64,000 nt of DNA from Candidatus Babeliales bacterium (GTDB lineage: Bacteria > Babelota > Babeliae > Babelales > JABDEC01): the NCBI GenBank assembly GCA_031292305.1, contig JARLHJ010000045.1:6791-70790 (forward strand). The letters are read 5' to 3'. The notes beneath the pieces are model-generated. The model saw nothing but the letters and a program-made list of their open reading frames with translations, was not told where the DNA came from and did not search any database. Every line of letters begins with the position of its first letter. Position 1 is the first letter of the stretch. Below are positions 8,224 through 18,308 of this stretch, piece after piece. The position numbers were made by a program, and so were the translations under genes.

Positions 8224-10203
8224 TTATCCTGCTTTGATCAACTCGCGGGCATCGTTTAATATTGTATTATCAAAATCTTTAGACTGCAAAATTTCTATAG
8301 ATAAATTTTGATCAGATGAACCTTTAGATAATAAATAATCATAAGTTATTTTATTGTCAGCATCTATTTGTGCCACGACTTTATAGTTAGCAAAATTTTT
8401 GCTTTCAGCTTCTAGTTCACTAAGCTTAGGAAAATGTGTGGATAATAAACAAAGATTGTTGTCATATTTGGCAAAGTTTTTTGCAATACTATAAGAAAGC
8501 GCTTGTGCGAATGACTCTTTTGTACCATTAAGAGGTTCATCAAGTAGCATAAACCAAAACTGGTTATGCTTTAATGGCTTAATCTCATTCATTAAAAATG
8601 TAATGCGATTTGCTTGAGCTTCATATAATGAATGGCCTTCTGATATATCATCAGTGATATTCATGTATGTTCCCAGTTTATTAAATATTGTTAAATTTAT
8701 TGAGCTTGCAGGTGCAATACCAAAAGTTTGAGCTAGAATAATATTTAAAGCAATTGATCTAGTAATAGTAGATTTGCCACCTCTATTGGTACCTGTAATA
8801 ACAATATTACGAGCATCATCATTAAGGCCAAAAGATATAGAGTTTGTTACAACTTTAGATTCGTCAATTATTGGGTTCCAGAAATTTTCTAAAGCTATAA
8901 ATGGCGTTTTTGCTTCACTGAATTTTGCAAAAGAATATTTAACATTTTTAGTTTCGTATTCTTTATAAAGCTTTGCAACAGAAGTGAATGCTTCAATTTG
9001 ACCCAACACAGATAACATTACGGTAAATTCGCTTTTTAAATCATTAAACATTTTAAATGTTTTTAATATTTTGCCCCAATTAGAAAAAATTGATGGTGAC
9101 CCTGTGAAGGTATTAGTTTTTAATAGTTCTAATAGCGTTTGCACTTCTTTCGTGTTTGTAACTATTTTAGCCACATCTAATGTGTTATAAATAACAGGAT
9201 ATTCAACTAATTTTTTACTAATTTCAGATGCTATAGTTAAAAAGCTATTGGCATGTATAAGTTTTTCTTGTAAATATTTTAACACTGCAAAATTATCAAC
9301 AATACTTTCAAAATCGCTTTTTGCACTTGTAGCTGCATGCATACCTGCAAATAAAGCCGCCGCCCCTTGGATTTGATTATTATCAATTATTGAAGTTAAT
9401 CCCAGCAATGCATCACCTGAACTTATTAATCTTTCACTTAATAATGTAAAATTATTATTCCGATTTTGATCTAAAATTTTAGAGATACCATATATAGGCA
9501 ATGCTACAGTGGCTATTGCTTTTGCTAAAAATAGAACAATACGTTTTTGGTGATCTAATGTATTTTTTATGCCTAAGCTAATTTCAGATTTATTTAGATC
9601 TTTATTAAAATTTATATATTGATTTTCAATAACTTCTTGTAATGGATCATTTGAATAAAATGAAAGAAATAGATTTTCATACTTTTGTAGTTCAGTAAAT
9701 TTGGCATCTAGAAATGTATATAATGTTGGATTATTAATAATAGTTTTTAATATTTCTTGGCGTTTTAACAAAATATCTAAATCATTGGTAGATTGAGCCA
9801 GCATTATATTAAAACTAATTTTGCCTAGTGTTGTATAAGTTCTATCAATTCTTTGTGCAAAATTTAATGCCTTTTTATTCTTTAAATTTCGAAATAAGCT
9901 TAAATCATCCCAAACAATTGTATCTATTATTAGATTACTTTCTGGTGGCAAGTTATACTTTTTTGATTCATCTAAAAGATCAAAAACAGTTGTTGTTTTT
10001 GTTATTGGTTTAAGATTGCGTTGTAGATTTGTAGCATTTGTTAAAAATTCATTAAATGACCAATCTTTATCTACATGTAAAGAATCACATTCCCATGTAA
10101 AATTGGATAGAAAATGTTCTTCTGTTTTGCTTACCATTGAATTTTTATCAGCTAAAACTGAGTAAAAGTTGAACAGTAGTGCTAGTATTATAAATGGGTT
10201 CAT
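8224..10203 (-). CDS. MutS-related ATPase (domain III remnant plus domain V) with N-terminal signal peptide
   Basis: ITGTNRGGKST, ILAQTFG, DDISEGHS, LLDEPLNGT, STHF; no mismatch-binding GxFYE motif. Confidence 0.88.
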   Translation of the reverse strand: MNPFIILALLFNFYSVLADKNSMVSKTEEHFLSNFTWECDSLHVDKDWSFNEFLTNATNLQRNLKPITKTTTVFDLLDESKKYNLPPESNLIIDTIVWDDLSLFRNLKNKKALNFAQRIDRTYTTLGKISFNIMLAQSTNDLDILLKRQEILKTIINNPTLYTFLDAKFTELQKYENLFLSFYSNDPLQEVIENQYINFNKDLNKSEISLGIKNTLDHQKRIVLFLAKAIATVALPIYGISKILDQNRNNNFTLLSERLISSGDALLGLTSIIDNNQIQGAAALFAGMHAATSAKSDFESIVDNFAVLKYLQEKLIHANSFLTIASEISKKLVEYPVIYNTLDVAKIVTNTKEVQTLLELLKTNTFTGSPSIFSNWGKILKTFKMFNDLKSEFTVMLSVLGQIEAFTSVAKLYKEYETKNVKYSFAKFSEAKTPFIALENFWNPIIDESKVVTNSISFGLNDDARNIVITGTNRGGKSTITRSIALNIILAQTFGIAPASSINLTIFNKLGTYMNITDDISEGHSLYEAQANRITFLMNEIKPLKHNQFWFMLLDEPLNGTKESFAQALSYSIAKNFAKYDNNLCLLSTHFPKLSELEAESKNFANYKVVAQIDADNKITYDYLLSKGSSDQNLSIEILQSKDFDNTILNDARELIKAG

Positions 10204-10224
10204 TTAATTTTGGCTTCTAAGTAA

Positions 10225-10578
10225 TTAATTGGATTGTTTTTTGGTTTTTGGTTTGCAACATGAACCTGAACAACCTGGTTTATGGCTATTTTTTTTCTTA
10301 TGGAAAATTGTAGAGGTAATGGCAGTAATTACCAATGACACTGCAATTTTTTGGCTAGAAATTTTAAAACCTGTTTCGTTTTTATAAGAAAGAGCTAATA
10401 CTGCTAAACTAGGTAAAGCTACAGCAAGAATTGGTTGTTTTAATACATCAATTAGTAATCCAGTACCAAATCCAATTAAAATGCCATCTCTTAAAATATT
10501 AGAAGATTCGCAATAAGTTACATTGGTCGCAGAAAATATTGAAAAAGCACATAGCAGTTTTAATATAAATTTATTCAT
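10225..10578 (-). CDS. Small secreted/membrane protein with Cys/Lys tail
   Basis: Signal peptide, 2-3 hydrophobic segments, tail GCSGSCCKPKTKK. Confidence 0.65.
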   Translation of the reverse strand: MNKFILKLLCAFSIFSATNVTYCESSNILRDGILIGFGTGLLIDVLKQPILAVALPSLAVLALSYKNETGFKISSQKIAVSLVITAITSTIFHKKKNSHKPGCSGSCCKPKTKKQSN

Positions 10579-10754
10579 ATGATTTCCATTTTAGTTAATA
10601 TTTACCATTTATAACTAAATATAGCATTAAAAAAAACTAATGTTAGTAGGAAAAATCGTTTAAACAAGGCATCTTTTGACTTTAAATTGGATTTATGAGG
10701 TAATAATACAGGGATCTAAGTTTTGGGAATTTCTATAGTTATACGAGGGTTTGA

Positions 10755-11384
10755 ATGAGTAAATTATTAATTATTTTAGCATGGGCATTTTCAATTAATA
10801 TCTATTGTGCGCAAAAAAACGAAATTATTCCAAATGCATCTTATTTTATTTATGGGGGTGCAACAGGTGTAAGAGGTGATGAATTTATATCTGATGAGTA
10901 TAATTGTGTTAATTTTTATACCTTTGATGGAATATTAATATGCCAAAAAGAAATGAATCGTTCTTATTCTACTGATTCACAAGCATGCATGCCGCAGCCG
11001 GTTAGATATAAAATAGTATATTGGCCAGAAATTCACCCTGATGCTAACCCCAAAGATAGTGTTTCAGGTGAATTTGTGGTGTTTTATGATAAGATTAATA
11101 ATATAATCAAGAGTTATCGTTATGAAGGTCCAAAACCTGTAACTATAAAATCAGTTGCTGCACAGAAAACATTAAAAATAAGGAATAAGCGACAATTATG
11201 TATTGGTGAATTTTTAGACTTAAGAGTTATTGCTCACAAAGAGAATAAAATACATATGGCAGAATTAGAGGAACAAAAAAGAAAAAGAACTATTTATGAG
11301 CAAGAAAACCTAAGAGTTAAAGAAGAAAATACAAAACAATTAAAAGAAATTGAAAAAGATATACGGCTTTCTTTTTTTAAATAA
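10755..11384 (+). CDS. Secreted hypothetical protein, paralog of 11492 gene
   Basis: Signal peptide; IPNASYFIY, NFYTFDG, FYDK, CIGEFLDL; coiled-coil tail. Confidence 0.8.
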   Translation: MSKLLIILAWAFSINIYCAQKNEIIPNASYFIYGGATGVRGDEFISDEYNCVNFYTFDGILICQKEMNRSYSTDSQACMPQPVRYKIVYWPEIHPDANPKDSVSGEFVVFYDKINNIIKSYRYEGPKPVTIKSVAAQKTLKIRNKRQLCIGEFLDLRVIAHKENKIHMAELEEQKRKRTIYEQENLRVKEENTKQLKEIEKDIRLSFFK

Positions 11385-11491
11385 TTTAATAATTAAATAA
11401 CTTTTAAACAGCTCTCTTTGATAAACACTGTTAATATTTATATAAATCATGTTAATATCTGCTTATGTGCAATAAAATAATAGGGTTTTAT

Positions 11492-12097
11492 ATGAATAAA
11501 TTATATCTTTTTATCTTAATTTTCTTCTTTATAAATTTACATAGCTCAGAAAATCCCCAGGTAATTCCCAAGGCATCATATTTTGTTTATGATGGTGTTA
11601 ATTTAGATTATGAAAATTCAGATTTATCTAAGGGGCATGTAAATTTATTAAGAAATATAAACTTTTATACTTTTGACGGGAATTTAATTACTAAAATTGA
11701 ACATAATTTTAGAATTGTTTCCATGCAAATGAAGCTAGATCCAGATGCCAAAATTCCAAGACCACTTTTTTTCAGAGTAAAAGAAAATCCTACTATTTGC
11801 ATACCGTTTGGTTTAAAGAAAACTTTGCAAGGCATATATGTATTATTTTATGATAAACATCGTAATTTGATTAATTATTTTGAATACACTGGTTCTAAGA
11901 ATGTTACCCGTGAAACATTACTTTTTCAGAAGACTAGCTACCGTAAAGATAATCAGCAATATTATTGCATAGGTGAAATACTAGATTTATTAAGGGTAGA
12001 AGAATATATAGATGAAGAATCTAATATTACGCAAGATGAGTGCCCCAACCCAGATGAAAATGAAGATGAAGAAGGCTGCGGTTGTATAATTCAGTAA
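11492..12097 (+). CDS. Secreted hypothetical protein ending in CaaX box (CIIQ)
   Basis: Start moved to MNKLY (RBS AGGG); IPKASYFVY, NFYTFDG, CIGEILDL; acidic tail then GCGCIIQ-stop. Confidence 0.8.
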   Translation: MNKLYLFILIFFFINLHSSENPQVIPKASYFVYDGVNLDYENSDLSKGHVNLLRNINFYTFDGNLITKIEHNFRIVSMQMKLDPDAKIPRPLFFRVKENPTICIPFGLKKTLQGIYVLFYDKHRNLINYFEYTGSKNVTRETLLFQKTSYRKDNQQYYCIGEILDLLRVEEYIDEESNITQDECPNPDENEDEEGCGCIIQ

Positions 12098-12102
12098 ATA
12101 AT

Positions 12103-12531
12103 TTAATAATCAAATTTCTTGCTACGCATTTTTTTAATAGAACTTCTTAATTTTTTTGTCTGTAATCGAGATTCTTTAACTGATCTAGAAATTTTTGTAG
12201 GCTTTCTTTTTTTAGGTATAAATAGTGCTTGTTGTACTTTTTCAGCAAGGTGTTGTAAAGCCATTTCTCTATTTTGATACTGACTACGTGAGACTTCACT
12301 ATTAATTATTAAATCACCATCAATTGTTAATTGTGACTGTAAATTAGAAATTACACGTGACTTTTGTTCATCATTTAATGCAGATGTATTTTTAACATTC
12401 CAACGCACGGTTACTTTTGTGCTAGATTTATTAACTTTTTGGCCACCAGGTCCACTTGATCTGCTAGCTGTAATTATAAGTTCATGTCCCGGAATATTAA
12501 TACCATTTTGAATGTGTACATCGTTTCTCAT
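12103..12531 (-). CDS. arfB: Alternative ribosome rescue factor B (peptidyl-tRNA hydrolase)
   Basis: SRSSGPGGQKVNK, RSQYQNR, basic tail PKKRKPTK..RL..KK.RS..K..R. Confidence 0.95.
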   Translation of the reverse strand: MRNDVHIQNGINIPGHELIITASRSSGPGGQKVNKSSTKVTVRWNVKNTSALNDEQKSRVISNLQSQLTIDGDLIINSEVSRSQYQNREMALQHLAEKVQQALFIPKKRKPTKISRSVKESRLQTKKLRSSIKKMRSKKFDY

Positions 12532-12637
12532 GATTTCCTTGTAATAACTAATTTAAAATCTATTTATTTTTTCTACCTTAATATTCTATATTATATCAAC
12601 AATTTTTTTCATTATATAAATTTCAAGGAATCAGATT

Positions 12638-13465
12638 ATGAAAAGATTTATAATATATAATTTTAGTATTTTATTTTTTATAAATATAACTGCACAATCT
12701 TTAGAGTCTGTAAAAAGTGATGAAGAGGAATACGCAGTTTCACTTTTAAACAAAGATGAAAATTTTACATACAATATTGAGCGTAATTCTAAAGAAGAAA
12801 CATTGGTAGTAAGTATTGGTGGTGCTTGCTTAGCTGCAATTCAAATTTATAATCTAGGATTGCGTAAAGCAGCATATCCATTTGATGTTATTTATTCAGA
12901 CTTAGATGGAATTATTAATGCAATAAAAACTGACTTTGCTTATTTTATAGATATAAAATATTTAACCAGAAAACGGTTTAATAATAAATATCATTTGTAT
13001 AACCCAAGTTACAATTTTATTTTTCCGCATGATTTACATTCAGATAATGGCAAGAAATTGAATTTAAAATATGAACGTGAAAAGATTATAGATTTTCAAG
13101 AAAAATATAAGCGTCGAATTGCGCGATTTAAAGATCTAGAAAATTTTAAAGGAAAAGTATATTTTTTAAGAACATATTCTAAAAATGTCCAACCAGATAC
13201 AATCGGTAATCTTATAAAATTAAGAGATCTTATTTCTAAAAAATTTCCAAAATTAAATTTTGAAATTATTGTTGTAACACTAGTTTCTAAAGAAGTTAAA
13301 CAAGAGATACCAGAGTTAATTAAATATTTCTATGCTAATGATTTGGGATTATTTTCAAAAAAAGCTGAGCAAAATTTTTATAATATATTTAATTTATTAG
13401 AAATAAAAATGTCGCCACTAAAACCTACAAGTTTCTTTTATGTAGCAAATAAACGTACTTTTTAA
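12638..13465 (+). CDS. DUF1796-family putative papain-like cysteine peptidase, secreted
   Basis: Signal peptide; SIGGAC, GLRKAAYPFD, FPHD, KYKRRIARF motifs. Confidence 0.7.
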   Translation: MKRFIIYNFSILFFINITAQSLESVKSDEEEYAVSLLNKDENFTYNIERNSKEETLVVSIGGACLAAIQIYNLGLRKAAYPFDVIYSDLDGIINAIKTDFAYFIDIKYLTRKRFNNKYHLYNPSYNFIFPHDLHSDNGKKLNLKYEREKIIDFQEKYKRRIARFKDLENFKGKVYFLRTYSKNVQPDTIGNLIKLRDLISKKFPKLNFEIIVVTLVSKEVKQEIPELIKYFYANDLGLFSKKAEQNFYNIFNLLEIKMSPLKPTSFFYVANKRTF

Positions 13466-13471
13466 GTAATA

Positions 13472-14962
13472 TCAATTTTCGCTAAAATCTTGAGCCTCAA
13501 ATACTTGAAAAGTAGTTTTGGCAGACTTGTAACCATCTTTAGAAAGACCTGCTTTTAGGCTAAGCTGTTCTAATGTTTGCGTTAAATTAAAACCAAATTC
13601 TTGTGGCACTTTAGGCAAAAAGAGTGAAATATTTTTTCCATGTTGTAGAATTATGCCATGTTTATTTAAAATAATTTTTTTGTAAGATTTAATAGGTTTA
13701 GGTTTTTGCAAAACTGAAATTTCAATAATAATATTTTTTAAATCTTCTTGTTTTAGTCGCGTAAATCTGCTGTCGCGAAATGCAGCATCTAAACTTTTTT
13801 CTGCTATCGTTAAATATAATGATTTTGTTGGGTTTACTTGACCAATACAGCCCCGTAATTTTTTTTTACCATTTTCATCTTTTGACCACAGTGTTACAAA
13901 TGCTCCTTGGCTTCTTTCTAATAATGGCGTCATTATTGGTTCAGATAAATCTTTATTAACTTCTTTGGTAAATGCTTGTTCTAACGTTTGCCTTGCATAA
14001 GCTAATAATGATTTTTGTTCTTGCATGTTTAATATATTATTATCAACGTCATTCGTAACAACAAGGCTTGCATAACTTACTACATTATTTTCATCATTAG
14101 TTTTATCAAATGATGTACCATATGAAACTAATCTTGTAGAGCTATTGGCAAAAGTATCTAACTTAATGCATTCTAATAATATTCGTAATGGATTGTACCC
14201 ACAGACTGTATCTTTTGTTTTATTTATCATACTTTGAAACAGCTTTAAATTTTGACGTTGAATAGTATTTAAAACAGCTGAATCTAATTGGGTAATATTT
14301 AATAAAATATTATCTTTAAATGGTATGTAGTTAAAAGATTTTCCGTAATGTGTAAAATCTGTACTTATTATCAGTAATGTTTTTTTAGTTACAATCTTTT
14401 TCAAAAGTAGGGCAATTTCATTAACATTTTCATCTGTTATGTTGCCTATAATAATTGGTACTATCTTTGCTTTTGGTAAAGTGAATTGGATGAATGGTAA
14501 TTGCATTTCTATTGAATGTTCTGGCTTAAAAAATGCATCATTGCAGGTAACTAATGGCTTATCTTTTAGTTTTTTTACAGACGGTAAGTCAACATTCATT
14601 ATACCTAATGGGGTTTGGTATTTTTCAAATTTTGGTATGGCAATTCCATTAAATCTAACGTAATGTGACGGTCCTAAAATTATTACTTTATCTATTTTAT
14701 TCTTATCTAAGAGTTGGTATGAAGCAGCAGAAACTTTTCCAGAATATTCATAACCTGCATGTGGACAAATTAAGGCACGAATTTGTGGGCTATTAGTTTG
14801 CATGCCAAATTCATTTTTAGCTTGCATAGTTAATTTCTGCAAAAGATCTGTAAGTTCTTTTTTATCTTTTGGATACCAGTTACCCGCACGGTGTGCTTGA
14901 AAGGTCTCGCAGTTAAGGTTTATTATTAATGTAAATATAAAATATATAAAAAAATTTATCAT
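13472..14962 (-). CDS. AmmeMemoRadiSam protein B (Memo) / protein A (AMMECR1) fusion
   Basis: AGNWYP, PHAGYEYSG, GPSH, EHSIEMQLPF, STDFTHYG; C-terminal GAFVT..LRGCIG..AAFRDSRF; hydrophobic N-terminus. Confidence 0.92.
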   Translation of the reverse strand: MINFFIYFIFTLIINLNCETFQAHRAGNWYPKDKKELTDLLQKLTMQAKNEFGMQTNSPQIRALICPHAGYEYSGKVSAASYQLLDKNKIDKVIILGPSHYVRFNGIAIPKFEKYQTPLGIMNVDLPSVKKLKDKPLVTCNDAFFKPEHSIEMQLPFIQFTLPKAKIVPIIIGNITDENVNEIALLLKKIVTKKTLLIISTDFTHYGKSFNYIPFKDNILLNITQLDSAVLNTIQRQNLKLFQSMINKTKDTVCGYNPLRILLECIKLDTFANSSTRLVSYGTSFDKTNDENNVVSYASLVVTNDVDNNILNMQEQKSLLAYARQTLEQAFTKEVNKDLSEPIMTPLLERSQGAFVTLWSKDENGKKKLRGCIGQVNPTKSLYLTIAEKSLDAAFRDSRFTRLKQEDLKNIIIEISVLQKPKPIKSYKKIILNKHGIILQHGKNISLFLPKVPQEFGFNLTQTLEQLSLKAGLSKDGYKSAKTTFQVFEAQDFSEN

Positions 14963-15018
14963 ATCTATCCCATTGGTTTATAATTTTATAATCTTATATT
15001 TTATTATAATGAAAAGAT

Positions 15019-15693
15019 TTGATTATGAAATATTTATTATCAGGGTTATTGATATTTTTATTACCAGTTCAAGGGTTAACAATGCAATCAGAGCAACTTC
15101 AAGAGCTAACATTATTAAAACTTAAAGGCCCGCAAGCAAAAAAATACGTAACAGATATAGCAGATATGCGTATTACTCTTTTTAAAGAATTTCCTTATTT
15201 ATATGAAGGTGCTTATTCTTATGAAGAAGAATATTTGCAAACATATTTTAATTCTGATGAAGCGAATATATTATTAGTTTTAGACAAAGATAAAGTAGTT
15301 GGTTTTTCTAGCTCAATACCATTGGCAGAAGAATCGCAAGATCTTAAAGCACCATTTAATGAAAAAGAACTTTATATTAAAGATTATTTTTATATTGGGG
15401 AAGTAATGTTACAGCCCGCATATAGAGGTAGGGGGATATTAAGAAAATTTTTAGAATTTCATGAAAATCAGGCGCTAAAAAATGGTTATAAATACACTGT
15501 TTTTATGACAGTAGATAGAGAAAATAATCACCCGTCAAAACCAAAAGATTATAAATCACTTGATAATATATGGAAACATTTTGGTTATGTAATACTGCCC
15601 GAATTAAAGATTTCTTTAGATTGGCCACAGGTAGGTACCAATATTTATACTAATAATAAGTTGAGCATATGGTTGAAAGATATAAACAAATAA
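15019..15693 (+). CDS. GNAT-family N-acetyltransferase with signal peptide
   Basis: RITLFKEFPYLYEG, GEVMLQPAYRGRGI acetyl-CoA motif. Confidence 0.85.
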   Translation: MIMKYLLSGLLIFLLPVQGLTMQSEQLQELTLLKLKGPQAKKYVTDIADMRITLFKEFPYLYEGAYSYEEEYLQTYFNSDEANILLVLDKDKVVGFSSSIPLAEESQDLKAPFNEKELYIKDYFYIGEVMLQPAYRGRGILRKFLEFHENQALKNGYKYTVFMTVDRENNHPSKPKDYKSLDNIWKHFGYVILPELKISLDWPQVGTNIYTNNKLSIWLKDINK

Positions 15694-15733
15694 ATTATTC
15701 TATATTTAATATACACCATAAAAAAAGGAACTA

Positions 15734-16222
15734 ATGAAAAAATTATTTATATCTTCTTTAGTTGCAGGATCAACATTATTGTTATCAAGCTGCAACAGAT
15801 CAGAAAAAACAGAAGAAACTAGAAGTATCACAGTTAGCAACCATGTTAAACAAGAGGAAAAAAAGATGGCACGCGTAAAGACACCTTCAGGCTTAGAATA
15901 TGAAATTTTAAAAGAAGGTACAGGATCAGAGCCTAAACCAGGACAAAATGTAACTGTGCACTATACAGGCTGGTTAGACAAAAATGTTGATACTGATAAC
16001 AGCTTTGATAGCAGCGTAAAACGTGGAACTCCATTTAATTTTAATATTGGTGTGGGCCGTGTCATAGCTGGTTGGGACGAAGGCGTAATATCAATGAAAG
16101 TTGGAGAAAAACGTCGCTTATTTATTCCATCTAAATTAGGTTATGGCGAATATGGCGCTGGCCGTTCTATACCTGGTAATTCAAATTTAGTTTTTGACGT
16201 TGAATTACTTAAAATTGGCTAA
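15734..16222 (+). CDS. FKBP-type peptidyl-prolyl isomerase lipoprotein (Mip-like)
   Basis: Lipobox LSSC; TPSGLEY, VHYTG, FDSS, VIAGWDEG, LGYG, LVFDVELL. Confidence 0.95.
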   Translation: MKKLFISSLVAGSTLLLSSCNRSEKTEETRSITVSNHVKQEEKKMARVKTPSGLEYEILKEGTGSEPKPGQNVTVHYTGWLDKNVDTDNSFDSSVKRGTPFNFNIGVGRVIAGWDEGVISMKVGEKRRLFIPSKLGYGEYGAGRSIPGNSNLVFDVELLKIG

Positions 16223-16242
16223 TTTTATTTTTATATTGTAAA

Positions 16243-16280
16243 ACAAAAAAGCTCACTAAGAAATTAGTGAGCTTTTTTGT
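16243..16280 (+). terminator. Intrinsic terminator
   Basis: ACAAAAAAGCTCACTAA-GAAA-TTAGTGAGCTTTTTTGT perfect 17-bp inverted repeat. Confidence 0.9.
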
Positions 16281-16336
16281 TATTTTTGGTTTTTTATTTT
16301 AAACTCGCTAAATACAAATTTTTTACGAGAATAAAA

Positions 16337-17278
16337 ATGAAAATTAACAAATTACTTTTCTTAATCATTGCATTATCTGCTGCACAAATTAATGCAGTTT
16401 CAGTTGTTTACAACATGAAAATTAGAAGACTGTTCACGTTAGGTGCACAAGTGTTAAACCCTGGGAAATCTAAATTAATAGGTTCAGTAGTGCCGATCTT
16501 TTATAAACGCGATAGGCATATAGTTCAAGTAGATGCGGGTGTTGATGCTTATGAAAAATCATTAACTGGTGGTGCAATTTTAAACCTACGTTTTGTAGCA
16601 AAAAAGAAATGGTGGCTAGAAGGGACAACAGGTATAGAAAAAGAATCTTTAAAATCTTGTGGCACTTTAAATTTTAAAACATCACGCACAGGCATAGATG
16701 ATATAATTTTATCAGGTGGTTATAACTTTCTTTTAAATGATAAATCTCAATTTGTTTTATATGGCTTAGCAGGTTTTCCAACACGCACAGATGTCACTGC
16801 ATTAGAAAGATTTAATACTTTAGTGGGTACACGCTTTTTTGGACTAGGCGTTGGCACTGAATTATCTTATGCACCTATTAATACATTAGAGCGGTCTTTA
16901 GTCGGAATTACGCAATTTAGATTTGTGCATTTTTTTGATAGAAAGTGGTTTCCTATTTTGCCAAGAAACGCAAAGATTCAACCGGGCAATATAACTGATA
17001 TATTATTAACATTGCAGTGTAGAGAAAAATTAAACGTTTTTGAAATGGGTTATAACCCAACCTTCTTTACCAATCAAGCTGTAGTTTTAGCTACAGAAAA
17101 AATTAATGCAGATACTTTTATACGTCAAAGTGGTTATTTTACTTATATGCGTTTATTTAAACAACTACCGGGCATTGCATTACCCGGTCTTATCGGCTGT
17201 GGTTTATCTATTTCTAAAACAGAACAGTTTGACACTAGGGCTGTATCAATATTCTTAAACTTTAGTGCACTGTTTTAA
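16337..17278 (+). CDS. Putative outer-membrane beta-barrel protein
   Basis: Start moved to MKINKLL (upstream TTG lies in the terminator); signal peptide, alternating beta-strand pattern, C-terminal Phe (IFLNFSALF). Confidence 0.6.
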   Translation: MKINKLLFLIIALSAAQINAVSVVYNMKIRRLFTLGAQVLNPGKSKLIGSVVPIFYKRDRHIVQVDAGVDAYEKSLTGGAILNLRFVAKKKWWLEGTTGIEKESLKSCGTLNFKTSRTGIDDIILSGGYNFLLNDKSQFVLYGLAGFPTRTDVTALERFNTLVGTRFFGLGVGTELSYAPINTLERSLVGITQFRFVHFFDRKWFPILPRNAKIQPGNITDILLTLQCREKLNVFEMGYNPTFFTNQAVVLATEKINADTFIRQSGYFTYMRLFKQLPGIALPGLIGCGLSISKTEQFDTRAVSIFLNFSALF

Positions 17279-18214
17279 TTATTTATAATTTCTTCTTAAT
17301 TTCTTAAGTTCAGCAAAAGAACTTTCTATATCTTCTTGCAAAATCTCTTTTCTTTTATTACGGCCAGCACGGGTTGCAGCTTTGTTTACTAAGTCATTAA
17401 TATCTGCACAATTAAAGCCTTCACTATTTTGTGCGTAATATTTAACATTTATTTTGGGATCAACTTTGCGATTATTTTTAAAAAGGTAATGTTGCAACAT
17501 TGCTTCTCTTTTTTGCATATCAGGCAATGGGATAGTTATTATATTATCAAATCTGCCTGCACGTAATAATGCTTCGTCTAATGAATCAACTCTATTTGTT
17601 GCAGCTATTATTGTAATGTTGTCGTTCTTTTCAAAGCCATCCATTTGAACGAGTAGCTCTGTTATTGTATTATTTCTTTCTGCATGTTCAAAAGCTCCTG
17701 AGGTTCTTTTGCCAAGTGCATCAAGTTCATCAATAAATATAATTGCCTTTTTGCCTTTTAATGTAGCATTTTCTGCCTGCTTAAATATTTCTCTAATTTT
17801 TAATGGTCCGCTGCCAACATATAATTCCATAAATTTACTAGCTGATGTATCAATTAATACTGCATCTAGTTCGCCGGCAATGGACTTTGCAATTAAAGTT
17901 TTACCACAACCTGGAGGGCCTACTAATAAAATACCTTTTGGTTTTTTAGCACCTGCATCTTTAAAAGCTTCATCATCTTGTAAGAATGCTTTTAAATCTG
18001 TAATTTCTTCAGGTACACCACCTATAATATCTTTGAATTTAATTGTGGTAGATTCAAAATCAGTATCTTTTGGCTTAGATGCATTTTTTACATTGCCTGT
18101 AAAAAGATTATATACAGCTTCTCTATTTTGTTTGTTAAATTCTGTCCAGGAATCAAAAATATTAGAGTAACAATTAACTGAGTAGCAAAGTAAAATTAAT
18201 AGTATTTTATTCAT
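17279..18214 (-). CDS. FtsH/CDC48-like AAA+ ATPase without protease domain, with signal peptide
   Basis: GPPGCGKT, IIFIDELD, MDGF, ATNR..LD.ALLRAGRFD; no HExxH domain. Confidence 0.9.
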   Translation of the reverse strand: MNKILLILLCYSVNCYSNIFDSWTEFNKQNREAVYNLFTGNVKNASKPKDTDFESTTIKFKDIIGGVPEEITDLKAFLQDDEAFKDAGAKKPKGILLVGPPGCGKTLIAKSIAGELDAVLIDTSASKFMELYVGSGPLKIREIFKQAENATLKGKKAIIFIDELDALGKRTSGAFEHAERNNTITELLVQMDGFEKNDNITIIAATNRVDSLDEALLRAGRFDNIITIPLPDMQKREAMLQHYLFKNNRKVDPKINVKYYAQNSEGFNCADINDLVNKAATRAGRNKRKEILQEDIESSFAELKKLRRNYK

Positions 18215-18308
18215 GATACATCCAATTTATAATTGACACATTTCTTTATGTTATTAATATAATTACTAGGTAATAAAAAATCAAATATCTTACACTTAGA
18301 AATTAAAC

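Noticed and set aside
16277-16336. N-terminal extension of the 333-aa ORF
   Set aside because: The TTG start lies inside the terminator; the ATG at 16337 gives a clean signal peptide.
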